A DNA stretch of 64,000 nt, from NCBI GenBank assembly GCA_902478145.1, contig CABSJT010000001.1, positions 5,671 through 69,670 on the forward strand, in the 5' to 3' direction. Shown here one piece after another: positions 1 through 10,733 of the stretch; within the stretch, counting starts at the first letter, position 1; every line of letters begins with the position of its first letter. The translations under genes were made by a program, and so were the position numbers. Under the pieces are notes generated by a model. It saw only the letters and a program-made list of their open reading frames with translations. It did no database searches and had not been told where the DNA came from. The DNA is from an uncultured Oscillospiraceae bacterium. GTDB taxonomy: Bacteria > Bacillota > Clostridia > Oscillospirales > Ruminococcaceae.

Positions 1-921
<921 letters not shown>

Positions 922-990
922 TCATTATAGCAGAAAACCTACTTAAATGCAAGCCATTTCCGACAAAAAATTAACATTTTTGATTTTTCT

Positions 991-3900
991 TTAAATTGAC
1001 GGTATTCCTCCTCCGCCCCAGTTTCCTGTGTCGGGCGGCTGAAGGGTAGTCGTATCGGTCGTAACCTCGGCTGCGGTTGTATCTTCCCATGAAATGAAAT
1101 CATCTGGAACAGTCGTGTCATCACTGTAAACCGTATCTTCGGGCGCTGAGGTTATTTCGCCCGATAGATCGTCGGTTTCCTCGGGATCGTCAAGTTCCTC
1201 CTCGCTGCTTTCGGGCGATTGAGTATCTTCTGTATTGTTGTCTTCGGTTACGGCATTGTCGTTTTCGGTGTAGTCGGCATTGCTCGAACCGTCGGAAGCG
1301 TAAGAAATGCTGCTTCTGGACAGATAATTTTTAATGCCTGTCACTATTGCGGCGGCTATACCTTTCTGGTGAGTGGGCGAAGCCAGCGTCATAGCGTCGT
1401 TGATTTCATTTACAAAGCCCGTTTCAACAAGAACAGACGGGAAATCCTGCTGCAATGTAACCTGAAAATAACTGTATTTTGCACCTCTGTCACGGTAAGC
1501 GCCGTCTGCATAAGCATAATTTGCATAGTATGTTGCAATGCTTTCCGAGATTTTCGCTGCAAGCGGCTGTGAATATGAAGTGAAGTAATAAACCTCAACT
1601 CCTCGTGCCGAGCCGTCGACAAGCGACTTATTGGCGTGGATTGACAGGTAAATATCACACCCATACCCTCGAGCGTATATCGGGCGTTCCTTTGTAAGAA
1701 GAAATTGACTCTCGGTTTTAAGTCTGACTACATTTGCTCCCGCAGCTTTAAGCTGCGACGTTAGTTCTTTTGAAATTGCAAGTACGACTTCCTGTTCAAC
1801 AACCTCTCCGACTGCTCCCGGATCGATAGTTGTTGCGGATTTACCATATCCGTGACCCGGATCGACAACAACAGTAAGTCCGCTGAGAGAGTTTGTGGGT
1901 ACAGGGAAGTTTAGCATAAGGTCGCCGTCGGCTGTATATGTTGCCGAATGACCCGAATAAACTCCCGGCTGTCTTAATTCAAGTATAAGTCGGAACTTTG
2001 TTCCGTTTGCTTCGGTTACTGTATCCCATTTTCCCGACTTAAATACAAGATTGTTCTCAAAGGACGGCAGTTTTGTAACGCTTGTTACATTTTCAAAAGT
2101 TATGTAAAGATGCGTTGCCGTAAATGACTTGAGGTAATAATCTCCCTCCCAGTCCGTGTAATAATTATTGCCCACAAGCTGCATATTGAAGCCTATTTTG
2201 TAATCCGCGCTTATGCGAATATAGCTTTTCCCGCTTGAAGTGCCTATCGACTTGACAAAGAGGGCGTTCTTTTCAATGCCTGTCCCGTCTACAAGCGAAG
2301 CTGCCGACGCGGCGATTCGTTTTCCCGACATAGTGAGGTAATAGTTTCCCGACGTGGATTTATACGGCTCAATCGTGCCTGCGGGAAGCTGAGAGAAAAC
2401 GGGCGAGGGAATATCATCGGCTGTTTTTCCGTCGTACACAATGGTGTAATCCGAATTTACTTTTACATATTTAATACTGTCGGTACTTTTGTAAATAGAT
2501 TCAAGTGTACCGATTATCTCGCCTGAACCTGCGCTGTTAGCGTCGGTCATCTCCGCTTCTTTTTTTATAACAGGTTCAGGTTCGGCGTTTACAATAACCT
2601 TTGCGCCTATAACTTCCATGCTAAAACCGCTGTTTTCGCCGCATATCTTGATAGTTCCGAGATTTTGTTCCTCGTTGACTATTCCTTTCGGGGCGGTATA
2701 GCTTCCCGTGTAGCGGACATAGGACGAGTTATAATCCTCGTCGTCGGTTTTGCCCTCCTGTTCGGTCATTTTAACCGTAGTTCCGTTTACTACACCGTAT
2801 ATTTTAGAACCTTTGTAGGCTGTCACAGAAAGGTTGATTTTTGTTCCGCCGTCGACGCGAAGTGTTTTACCCTCGGAAATTGCAGTCGCAATAGTTTGCA
2901 TTACAACAATCTTGCGTTCAATTTTGTATGTGTAGGTTTTTGATTTATGGGTTATCGTAAAAGTGTTTAAACCGACTTTTAGATCGCGGGTGAAATAGAA
3001 GTTGCCTGCGTCGTTAAGCTGAATGGGTGAATTGTTGAAATATACTGGGAAATTGCTGTCAAAACTTCCCATGAAAGTTACGCTTGGTTCGCTTGTTGTG
3101 AAAGTGAACTTAGCGGGGGAAACAACTTTGAGGTCGGAAAACAAAGATTCTTCATTTATCTGTTCATTAAAATAAGAGGTTAATGTTGATGTGGTATCAA
3201 GCGGATTTTGCGTAAGACGTTCATATGAATTGAAAACGCTGCCCTGATAGCTGTCGAGCTTTTTTGCTACCGTGAGCTGTTTCAAAAGCTGATCTTCAGC
3301 ACCCCAGCCGGTTTCACTTGTTCCTATTTTTTCGTTATAGTGAACAATATAAATTGGCATATCATATTCGGCGGCAAGGCTGCCCCACCAGCCTGTTACA
3401 TTTTCAAACGGCAGCGCCTCGTCTGTGAGCGAACCGTATGCGCGGATAAGTGCAAAATCGGTGTAGCCTTTTTCAATAAAGCTTTTGGTATCAGAATATC
3501 CGTCATAGTAAGCCTGAACCGAATCGGAAGTATCGCTTCCGAGTTCATTTACCGATGAATTTGCCCACATATCGTTTATCATGAAACCAACTGCTATTGA
3601 ATTATCGGTAAGGTGAATTACGTCGGCAGCGCTGCTGAACAGTTGGTCGGCGGTGTCGTAAAGCCAGTTCGTGTACCCAACACCCGAACCGTTGTTCATA
3701 TATCCGCTGAATGTGTCCGCGTTGCGGCAAATGTAGTAATCATCGAGGATAATGCCGTCGCATGGATATTTAAGTGCAAAACGGTGAACACGCGAAATCA
3801 GCGTATCAATTTGTGCGGTGCTTGCGCTGTCAAGCATGAGGTGACTCAGATCCAGAACGACATACGGTGAAATACCGAAGTTATATGCCGTCTGAACAGC

Positions 3901-4296
3901 GATTGCTGTCGGATCGACTAACTCTTCGCCTGCGTTCATATCTATACTATAATATGAACGCTCGTCGCGAATAGTATTTATTATTACAGTATTAAGCCCG
4001 ATTTTTGAAAAGTTTGCAAATATTTTTTCGAGTTCGGCTGAAAGCGCTTCCGCAGTATCTTCGTCAGATGTAAAATAATCTACACCGGGAGTAATCACAC
4101 AAGCCCGCATATTGTCAGGAAGTGTAAACATATATCCTGTGCCGGCGGTTTCCTGCGTATTTTCCGTTTCATCGGAAATTGAATAGTCGGTTTCTGAGGA
4201 ATCCGAGCTGTTTTCCGCGAAAATATGTAAAGGCGAGGAGTTAAGCAGAAGTGCCGCAGTGCATAAAAATGCGGCAAAACATTTTTTTACGTTCAT
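991..4296 (-). CDS. secreted multidomain cell-wall hydrolase: signal peptide, GHL10 (glycoside-hydrolase-like family 10, Cwp19/YngK-type) domain, beta-rich middle region, C-terminal N-acetylmuramoyl-L-alanine amidase (Amidase_3, CwlD/AmiC-like), acidic D/E/T-rich tail
   Basis: The ORF-track frame runs 991..4341. I place the start at the internal ATG (4296) preceded by AAAGGAAGG, which yields a signal peptide MNVKKCFAAFLCTAALLLNSSPLHIFA. The GHL10-like block is IGLNTVIINTIRDERSYY...GISPYVVLD...DGIILDDYY. The amidase block is VVVDPGHGYG...DIYLSIHANK...GVEVYY...ETGFVNE. Confidence 0.7.
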   Translation of the reverse strand: MNVKKCFAAFLCTAALLLNSSPLHIFAENSSDSSETDYSISDETENTQETAGTGYMFTLPDNMRACVITPGVDYFTSDEDTAEALSAELEKIFANFSKIGLNTVIINTIRDERSYYSIDMNAGEELVDPTAIAVQTAYNFGISPYVVLDLSHLMLDSASTAQIDTLISRVHRFALKYPCDGIILDDYYICRNADTFSGYMNNGSGVGYTNWLYDTADQLFSSAADVIHLTDNSIAVGFMINDMWANSSVNELGSDTSDSVQAYYDGYSDTKSFIEKGYTDFALIRAYGSLTDEALPFENVTGWWGSLAAEYDMPIYIVHYNEKIGTSETGWGAEDQLLKQLTVAKKLDSYQGSVFNSYERLTQNPLDTTSTLTSYFNEQINEESLFSDLKVVSPAKFTFTTSEPSVTFMGSFDSNFPVYFNNSPIQLNDAGNFYFTRDLKVGLNTFTITHKSKTYTYKIERKIVVMQTIATAISEGKTLRVDGGTKINLSVTAYKGSKIYGVVNGTTVKMTEQEGKTDDEDYNSSYVRYTGSYTAPKGIVNEEQNLGTIKICGENSGFSMEVIGAKVIVNAEPEPVIKKEAEMTDANSAGSGEIIGTLESIYKSTDSIKYVKVNSDYTIVYDGKTADDIPSPVFSQLPAGTIEPYKSTSGNYYLTMSGKRIAASAASLVDGTGIEKNALFVKSIGTSSGKSYIRISADYKIGFNMQLVGNNYYTDWEGDYYLKSFTATHLYITFENVTSVTKLPSFENNLVFKSGKWDTVTEANGTKFRLILELRQPGVYSGHSATYTADGDLMLNFPVPTNSLSGLTVVVDPGHGYGKSATTIDPGAVGEVVEQEVVLAISKELTSQLKAAGANVVRLKTESQFLLTKERPIYARGYGCDIYLSIHANKSLVDGSARGVEVYYFTSYSQPLAAKISESIATYYANYAYADGAYRDRGAKYSYFQVTLQQDFPSVLVETGFVNEINDAMTLASPTHQKGIAAAIVTGIKNYLSRSSISYASDGSSNADYTENDNAVTEDNNTEDTQSPESSEEELDDPEETDDLSGEITSAPEDTVYSDDTTVPDDFISWEDTTAAEVTTDTTTLQPPDTGNWGGGGIPSI

Positions 4297-4309
4297 TTTA
4301 ACCTTCCTT

Positions 4310-5884
4310 TTACTCCGCAATAAGCGGTTTAAAGTTTTCAATTTCTCGTTTTATTGAACTTGTCAGATACCCATTTGTAAACAGATAATTATAACTGTAA
4401 AGAGCGAATCCGCCATAGTTTTTGCAGCTCTGCGCATATTCGATCTGGCGTTTGAGCATTGAGTCTGTGTTGACCCACTCGTAAACACCCGCGCCTGCCC
4501 ACTTGTCCTCTGCGCCGACTTTATAAACCGCAAGACCTATCGCCAATTTAACGTCGGTTCTATCGACAAGTTCGTTCCATTGATCTGTGCAGGTTTTGAA
4601 TGGCTGGGCTGAATTTTCAAAGCCGTAATATATCTGCGGCGCAAAATAATCCACATACCCTCCGGAACACCATGCCTGTGCGTCAGCATAGAGCTGGTTT
4701 AAATTATTGCTCATGCTTCCTTGCGTGCTTATACCAAAAACTGCTGTTCCAGAGCACTCATGTACGGCGTTATAAATCTCTTTCACAAGTTTATTGCAAT
4801 TGGAAATACGGAACGCTGAAAGGGAAGAAATGTCTGATTCGGCAAAAGCCTTACTATCGAAATATGTATCCGTAGTTGGGTAGAAATAGTCGTCGATATG
4901 AACGCCGTCAACGTCGTATCGTGAAACGATTTCCCTCACCCCGTCGCCGACCAGCTTTACGGCTTCTTTATAAGCGGGATTGAGATAAAATGTCCCGTTC
5001 ACGTTTACGATATATGTTCCGTTTTTTGACGAACTGTTGTACCAACTTTTTATAGGAAAGTCGCCCGAAAGCGAGCTTAGTTCAGAAGCGGTGCAAAGAC
5101 GAAGGGGATTTATCCAAGCGTGTATCGAAAGCCCTTGCTTGTGCGCCTCATCAACCATTATTTCAAGCGGGTCATATGATGTCTTTAAACCGTACTGACC
5201 CGAAATATGCTTTGAAAAAGGGAATAAATCCGAATAATAAAATGCGTCGCCAAAAGCTCGTGCGTGGACATAAACCGTGTTGAGTCCGAGCTGTGTACAG
5301 TTAGTGCAGATGCTTTTCAATGCGGAGCGGAAATCGCTTTCGCTTTTATTTTTCAGGAGAGTGGCTATTTCGAGATATGAAATCCAGACGCCTTTCATTT
5401 CGCTGTAATTCAGCGCTTTATAGCTGTTGAAAGAATAACTTGCGGAAATATTTTCGGCTTGCGCGGTCGTTTCAGAAATACTCTCTGTTGTTGAAACGGA
5501 GGTCGTCGTTTCAGGTGTGGTTTGCGATGATGTTTCCGTAACTTGCGAAACGGGAACTATCGCAGTTGTTGTTTCAATATATGTAGTGCTTGTAACAGTT
5601 GCCGGCTTTGTACTTTCCTGTTCAGACGTGACTATACTTTCTGTATTTTCTTCGTATGATGTTGTACTTTGTTCAGGGTTTTCAATAAAATCGTCGGGAA
5701 TTGTCGTTGTTATATCGGGTATCGGAACTGCTGAACTTGCTGTTAGGCTTTGTGTATCAAAAGCTATGCCGCCGAAACTGCCGTTTGCAATAGTCTGAGT
5801 TGATTGACTTGCCTCACGGCAGCCGCCGAGCATGAATACGGCACACAAGAAAGCAGATAAAATTTTAAGGCTTTTTTCTCTCAT
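4310..5884 (-). CDS. lipoprotein with Ser/Thr-rich linker and C-terminal GHL10 (glycoside-hydrolase-like 10) domain; paralog of the N-terminal domain of the upstream autolysin
   Basis: It has a lipobox (FMLGGC), a long S/T/E-rich low-complexity linker, and a GHL10 block (KGVWISYLE...LGLNTVYVHARAFGDAFY...GLSIHAWINPLRL...VDGVHIDDYFYP). Confidence 0.65.
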   Translation of the reverse strand: MREKSLKILSAFLCAVFMLGGCREASQSTQTIANGSFGGIAFDTQSLTASSAVPIPDITTTIPDDFIENPEQSTTSYEENTESIVTSEQESTKPATVTSTTYIETTTAIVPVSQVTETSSQTTPETTTSVSTTESISETTAQAENISASYSFNSYKALNYSEMKGVWISYLEIATLLKNKSESDFRSALKSICTNCTQLGLNTVYVHARAFGDAFYYSDLFPFSKHISGQYGLKTSYDPLEIMVDEAHKQGLSIHAWINPLRLCTASELSSLSGDFPIKSWYNSSSKNGTYIVNVNGTFYLNPAYKEAVKLVGDGVREIVSRYDVDGVHIDDYFYPTTDTYFDSKAFAESDISSLSAFRISNCNKLVKEIYNAVHECSGTAVFGISTQGSMSNNLNQLYADAQAWCSGGYVDYFAPQIYYGFENSAQPFKTCTDQWNELVDRTDVKLAIGLAVYKVGAEDKWAGAGVYEWVNTDSMLKRQIEYAQSCKNYGGFALYSYNYLFTNGYLTSSIKREIENFKPLIAE

Positions 5885-6022
5885 GCAACCTCCGATATTT
5901 AAGCATAATTATACATTATGTATTATAACACTTAGTTTTCGGTTCGTCAATACCTGTTTTTGGTTTGTTTTATCGAAAATGAAATTTTGGAAAAACTTTA
6001 ATTCATTTCACTGCGTTTTTTC

Positions 6023-6051
6023 TTGACAAAATCTATAAAAAATAGTACAAT
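6023..6051 (+). promoter_or_regulatory. sigma-A type promoter for the aconitase operon
   Basis: TTGACA (6023-6028), an exactly 17-nt spacer, then TACAAT (6046-6051), about 30 nt upstream of the acn RBS AAAGGAGG. Confidence 0.5.
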
Positions 6052-6083
6052 AAATACAGTATTAAAAAGGAGGCAAAAAACCA

Positions 6084-8024
6084 ATGGGACTTACTCTTAC
6101 AGAAAAAATTATTCGTGCGCACATTGTTGACGGTGAGCCTGTTAAAGGTACTGAAATCGGGCTTCGTATCGACCAGACGCTGACGCAGGACGCGACGGGA
6201 ACTATGGCTTATCTTGAATTTGAGGCAATGGGCGTTCCGCGCGTAAAGACAGAAAGAAGCGTGGCGTATATCGACCACAATACGCTTCAGTCGGGCTTTG
6301 AGAATGCCGACGATCACCGCTTTATAGGCTCGGTTGCAAAAAAACACGGCATATATTTCAGCAGACCCGGCAACGGAATCTGCCATCAGGTTCATCTTGA
6401 ACGCTTCGGAATTCCCGGAAAGACTCTTATCGGCTCTGACAGCCATACTCCCACAGGCGGCGGTATCGGTATGCTTGCTATGGGCGCAGGCGGTCTTGAT
6501 GTTGCGGTTGCAATGGGCGGCGGCGCTTACTATATTACTTATCCGAAAGTTGTTAAAGTTGAGCTTACCGGAAAGCTTTCGCCGTGGGTTGCTGCAAAGG
6601 ACGTTATCCTTGAAGTTCTGAGAAGAATGTCGGTCAAGGGCGGCGTAGGCAAAGTTATCGAATACTGCGGCGAAGGTGTTAAGACTCTTTCAGTACCTGA
6701 GCGTGCAACGATAACCAACATGGGTGCAGAGCTTGGCGCGACAACTTCTATTTTCCCGTCGGACGAAGTTACAAAGGCTTTCTTAAAAGCTCAGAAGCGC
6801 GAAGAAGTGTGGGTTCCGCTTGCGGCAGACCCCGACGCGGTTTATGATGAGGAACTTAAAATCAATCTCTCCGAGCTTGTTCCGCTTGCAGCTTGTCCGC
6901 ATTCTCCCGACAATGTAAAGAGCGTTGACGAGATTGGCAATATGAAAATTGATCAGGTATGTATCGGTTCGTGCACGAACAGCTCCCTGCTTGACATGAT
7001 GAAAGTTGCGTACATTTTAAAGGGAAAGACGGTTCATCCCGATGTATCTCTTTCTATCGCTCCCGGCTCAAAGCAGGTACTGAATATGCTCGCTCAGAAT
7101 GGCGCGCTCGCTATAATGATTGACGCAGGCGCAAGAATACTCGAAAGCGCGTGCGGCCCGTGTATCGGTATGGGACAGTCGCCTAACTCAAAGGGTATAT
7201 CTCTGCGTACATTTAACCGCAACTTTGAAGGCAGAAGCGGAACAAAGGACGGTCAGATATATCTTGTTTCGCCCGAGCTTGCTGCTGTTTCGGCAATAAA
7301 CGGCGTTCTTACAGATCCCAGAACTCTCGGTGAAATGCCGGACTTTAAGCTTCCCGAGGAATTCATTATCAACGACAATATGGTTGTTCCGCCGGCTTCG
7401 GAGGATGATATGGACAGCGTTGAAATTCTCCGCGGTCCTAACATTAAGCCTTTCCCGAAAACTGCGCCTTTACAGGAAACAATTTCCTGCGGCTGTTCAC
7501 TTAAAGTCGGGGACAATATCACGACCGACCATATCATGCCTGCAGGTGCGAAAATTCTTCCTCTGCGCTCCAACATTCCCGCTATATCGAATTACTGCTT
7601 TACCGTATGTGATGAAAAATTCCCCGAGCGTGCAAAGGAAATGGGCGAAAGCATTATCGTAGGCGGAGCTAATTATGGACAGGGTTCTTCGCGTGAACAT
7701 GCTGCGCTTGCACCTCTTTATCTCGGTGTAAAAGCCGTTCTGGTAAAAAGCTTTGCGAGAATTCATCGTGCTAACCTTATAAACGCAGGTATTCTTCCGC
7801 TGACATTTGTTAATGAAGCAGATTATGACAGCATTTCCGAGGGTGATAAACTGGAAATCGCGGGCATAAGAGAAGCTGTTAAGAGCGGAAAAACTCAGCT
7901 TATTGTTGTAAATAAGACAAACGGCAAGGAAATCCCTGTTCTCTGTGAGCTTACAGGCAGAACAAAGGACATCATGCTCGCAGGAGGTCTGCTTGACTAT
8001 ACGAGAGAATCTCTTAAAAAGTGA
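6084..8024 (+). CDS. acn: aconitate hydratase (646 aa clostridial-type aconitase)
   Basis: Aconitase family motifs are present (IDHNTLQ, GSDSHTPTGGG, CGPCIGMGQ), with a C-terminal swivel domain (GGANYGQGSSREHAALAP). Confidence 0.9.
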   Translation: MGLTLTEKIIRAHIVDGEPVKGTEIGLRIDQTLTQDATGTMAYLEFEAMGVPRVKTERSVAYIDHNTLQSGFENADDHRFIGSVAKKHGIYFSRPGNGICHQVHLERFGIPGKTLIGSDSHTPTGGGIGMLAMGAGGLDVAVAMGGGAYYITYPKVVKVELTGKLSPWVAAKDVILEVLRRMSVKGGVGKVIEYCGEGVKTLSVPERATITNMGAELGATTSIFPSDEVTKAFLKAQKREEVWVPLAADPDAVYDEELKINLSELVPLAACPHSPDNVKSVDEIGNMKIDQVCIGSCTNSSLLDMMKVAYILKGKTVHPDVSLSIAPGSKQVLNMLAQNGALAIMIDAGARILESACGPCIGMGQSPNSKGISLRTFNRNFEGRSGTKDGQIYLVSPELAAVSAINGVLTDPRTLGEMPDFKLPEEFIINDNMVVPPASEDDMDSVEILRGPNIKPFPKTAPLQETISCGCSLKVGDNITTDHIMPAGAKILPLRSNIPAISNYCFTVCDEKFPERAKEMGESIIVGGANYGQGSSREHAALAPLYLGVKAVLVKSFARIHRANLINAGILPLTFVNEADYDSISEGDKLEIAGIREAVKSGKTQLIVVNKTNGKEIPVLCELTGRTKDIMLAGGLLDYTRESLKK

Positions 8025-8764
8025 GTAAAATATCACTCAACCGCAATCAACTCAAATATATTGCCATTTTAGCGATGCTTATTGACCACGTTGCATGGGC
8101 GTTTGTACCGATGTTCAGCGCCGCAGGTCAGGCAATGCATTTTATAGGAAGATTTACTGCGCCGACCATGTGCTATTTCGTTGCCGAGGGATATTTCCAC
8201 ACCCAGAATGTGCGGAAATATCTTCTGAGGCTCGGAATATTTGCGATTATTTCATGGCTGCCGTTCGCGTGGTTTGAGCTTGGTGGAGATCTGTTTGAAA
8301 GTGGACGCTTTTTACTAGCTCAAAGCGTCATATATACGCTTTTTCTCGGCTTGCTGGCGCTTCATATATGGAACGGAGCGGAAACCCGCGCCCGGAAAGT
8401 CTTTGCGGTTATTCTTATCTGCATTTTATCAATGGTTGGCGATTGGGCATTCTTCGGTGTGCTTTGGATATTTTTTTTCGGGATACATCACGGAAATCTG
8501 AAACTACAGATATGCTCGTATTACATTGTAGCGACAGTTTCAATGTTGGCAGTGATTTTGCAGCGAATACCGAAATTTATTTCGGGAGAAGCGCCTTTTT
8601 ATACGGTTTTATGGCAGTTTGGTCTGCTTGCTGCACCGCTGTTTCTGATTTGTTATAACGGAGAGCGGGGAAGTGGTAAGACTGTTCATAAATGGTTTTT
8701 CTACGTTTTCTATCCTGCCCACATTCTTGTTCTTTGTGTCCTTAAATATATTGTATTAACTTAA
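8021..8764 (+). CDS. TraX-family integral membrane protein
   Basis: A multi-TM protein with TraX-like N-terminus (LKYIAILAMLIDHVAWAF) and C-terminus (KWFFYVFYPAHILVL). Its GTG start overlaps the acn stop (GTGA). Confidence 0.55.
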   Translation: MSKISLNRNQLKYIAILAMLIDHVAWAFVPMFSAAGQAMHFIGRFTAPTMCYFVAEGYFHTQNVRKYLLRLGIFAIISWLPFAWFELGGDLFESGRFLLAQSVIYTLFLGLLALHIWNGAETRARKVFAVILICILSMVGDWAFFGVLWIFFFGIHHGNLKLQICSYYIVATVSMLAVILQRIPKFISGEAPFYTVLWQFGLLAAPLFLICYNGERGSGKTVHKWFFYVFYPAHILVLCVLKYIVLT

Positions 8765-8816
8765 AACTATTCAATAATGTAAATTTTGCAATAATTATCA
8801 GAAAGGAATATTTAAA

Positions 8817-10034
8817 ATGTCTAAAATTCAGATGACTACGCCCATTGTTGAAATGGACGGCGACGAAATGACCAGAATAATCTGGAAAATGATCAAGGAT
8901 ATCCTGCTTACTCCTTATATTGATTTAAAGACCGAATATTACGACCTCGGACTTGTACATCGCAACGAGACTGATGATAAGGTTACCGTTGACAGTGCAA
9001 ATGCAGCAAAAAAGTATGGCGTTGCAGTAAAGTGCGCAACGATTACTCCGAATGCGCAGAGAATGACCGAGTATAATCTTAAAGAAATGTGGAAATCGCC
9101 TAATGGTACGATTCGTGCAATTCTTGATGGTACAGTTTTCCGCGCACCGATTATCGTAAAGGGTATCAATTCGCTTATTCCCACATGGACAAAGCCTATT
9201 ACGATTGCGCGTCATGCGTACGGAGATGTGTACAAGAATACCGAAATGAAGGTTAAGGACGGCTTTAAGTGCGAGTTGGTTGTAACTGCTCCAGACGGAA
9301 CGGAGGAACGCGCTCTTATCCATACATTTAACGGTTCAGACGGCATCATTCAGGGTCTTCACAATATCAATGCGAGCATTGCTTCTTTTGCAAGAGCCTG
9401 CTTCAACTTTGCACTTGATACAAAGCAGGATCTGTGGTTTGCAACAAAGGATACCATTTCAAAGAAGTACGACCACACGTTTAAGGACATTTTTGCTGAA
9501 ATTTACGAAACTGAGTATAAAGAAAAATTTGAGAGCGCGGGGATTGAATATTTCTACACGCTTATTGATGATGCAGTTGCGAGAGTTGTTCGCTCTGAGG
9601 GCGGATATATCTGGGCGTGCAAAAACTATGACGGAGATGTTATGTCCGACATGGTTGCGACAGCTTTCGGCAGTCTCGGAATGATGACGTCGGTACTTGT
9701 TTCTCCTGACGGAATTTATGAATACGAAGCTGCTCACGGCACTGTTACGAGACATTATTACAAGCACCTCAAGGGTGAAGAAACGTCAACAAACTCTGTT
9801 GCGACAATTTTTGCTTGGACAGGCGCACTTAAAAAGCGTGGTGAACTTGACGGCAATAAGGCGCTTTCGGATTTCGCTGAAAAGCTCGAAAAGGCAACTG
9901 TAAAGACGATTGAGGACGGTGTTATGACAGGCGATCTTTACGTTCTCTCTTCGCTTGAAAATAAGAGAAAGGTAAACACCGAAGATTTCCTGCTTGAAAT
10001 AAACGAACGTTTAAAGGCTATGCTTGCCAACTGA
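8817..10034 (+). CDS. icd: NADP-dependent isocitrate dehydrogenase, eukaryote-type (IDH1/2-like subfamily II, 405 aa)
   Basis: It aligns nearly colinearly with human IDH1 ([72 protein letters not shown]). Confidence 0.92.
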   Translation: MSKIQMTTPIVEMDGDEMTRIIWKMIKDILLTPYIDLKTEYYDLGLVHRNETDDKVTVDSANAAKKYGVAVKCATITPNAQRMTEYNLKEMWKSPNGTIRAILDGTVFRAPIIVKGINSLIPTWTKPITIARHAYGDVYKNTEMKVKDGFKCELVVTAPDGTEERALIHTFNGSDGIIQGLHNINASIASFARACFNFALDTKQDLWFATKDTISKKYDHTFKDIFAEIYETEYKEKFESAGIEYFYTLIDDAVARVVRSEGGYIWACKNYDGDVMSDMVATAFGSLGMMTSVLVSPDGIYEYEAAHGTVTRHYYKHLKGEETSTNSVATIFAWTGALKKRGELDGNKALSDFAEKLEKATVKTIEDGVMTGDLYVLSSLENKRKVNTEDFLLEINERLKAMLAN

Positions 10035-10041
10035 GGTTATT

Positions 10042-10686
10042 ATGGCGAAAAGTGAAAAAATATCAAAGTCTGTTATTCGTAGGCTTCCGAGGTATTATCG
10101 TTTTTTGGGTGAACTCGAAAAGAACGGTGTAAGCAAGATCTCCTCGCGTGAACTGGCTGAAAAAATGAGACTTACCGCTTCTCAGATACGTCAGGATCTC
10201 AATTGCTTCGGAGAATTCGGGCAGCAAGGCTATGGTTATAATGTGGCTGAACTGCGCGATGAGATAGGTTCTATTCTTGGCGTAAATAAACAGCACAAGA
10301 CTATTCTTATCGGCGCGGGAAACCTCGGACGTGCGATTGTACTGCATCTGAATTTTGAGAAGTACGGCTGTAAGCTGTGCGGGATTTTCGATTCCGATGA
10401 AAATGTTATTGCAACCGACATAGGCGGAAACAGGGTAATGAATACGGACAAATTATCTGAGTTTTGTCGTCAGCAGCAGCCGCAGATAGCGATTCTTTGT
10501 ATTCCTAAAACTGCTGCGCAGCAAGTTTGTGAGCTGCTCATAAATCTTGGAATAAAGGCATTTTGGAACTTTTCACATTATGACATAAATCTTGAGCATA
10601 GCGGAATTGTGGTTGAAAATGTCCATCTCGGTGACAGTTTATTGGCGCTGTGCTATGGGGTGAACAATATAACAGACGATGAATAA
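10042..10686 (+). CDS. rex: redox-sensing transcriptional repressor Rex (copy 1)
   Basis: It has an N-terminal winged helix (IRRLPRYYRFL) and a Rossmann NADH-sensing domain (ILIGAGNLGRAI). The start is chosen at MAKSEK (GAGG + 7 nt + ATG) rather than the track start at 10024. Confidence 0.85.
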   Translation: MAKSEKISKSVIRRLPRYYRFLGELEKNGVSKISSRELAEKMRLTASQIRQDLNCFGEFGQQGYGYNVAELRDEIGSILGVNKQHKTILIGAGNLGRAIVLHLNFEKYGCKLCGIFDSDENVIATDIGGNRVMNTDKLSEFCRQQQPQIAILCIPKTAAQQVCELLINLGIKAFWNFSHYDINLEHSGIVVENVHLGDSLLALCYGVNNITDDE

Positions 10687-10733
10687 TAGAAAAAAGGCTT
10701 GAACCAAACGGTCCAAGCCTTTTTGGCAATATG

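Noticed and set aside
4095-4277. Small ORFs overlapping the 5' end of the autolysin gene on the same or opposite strand
   Set aside because: They lie inside the well-supported large CDS, are short, and have no homology-like features.
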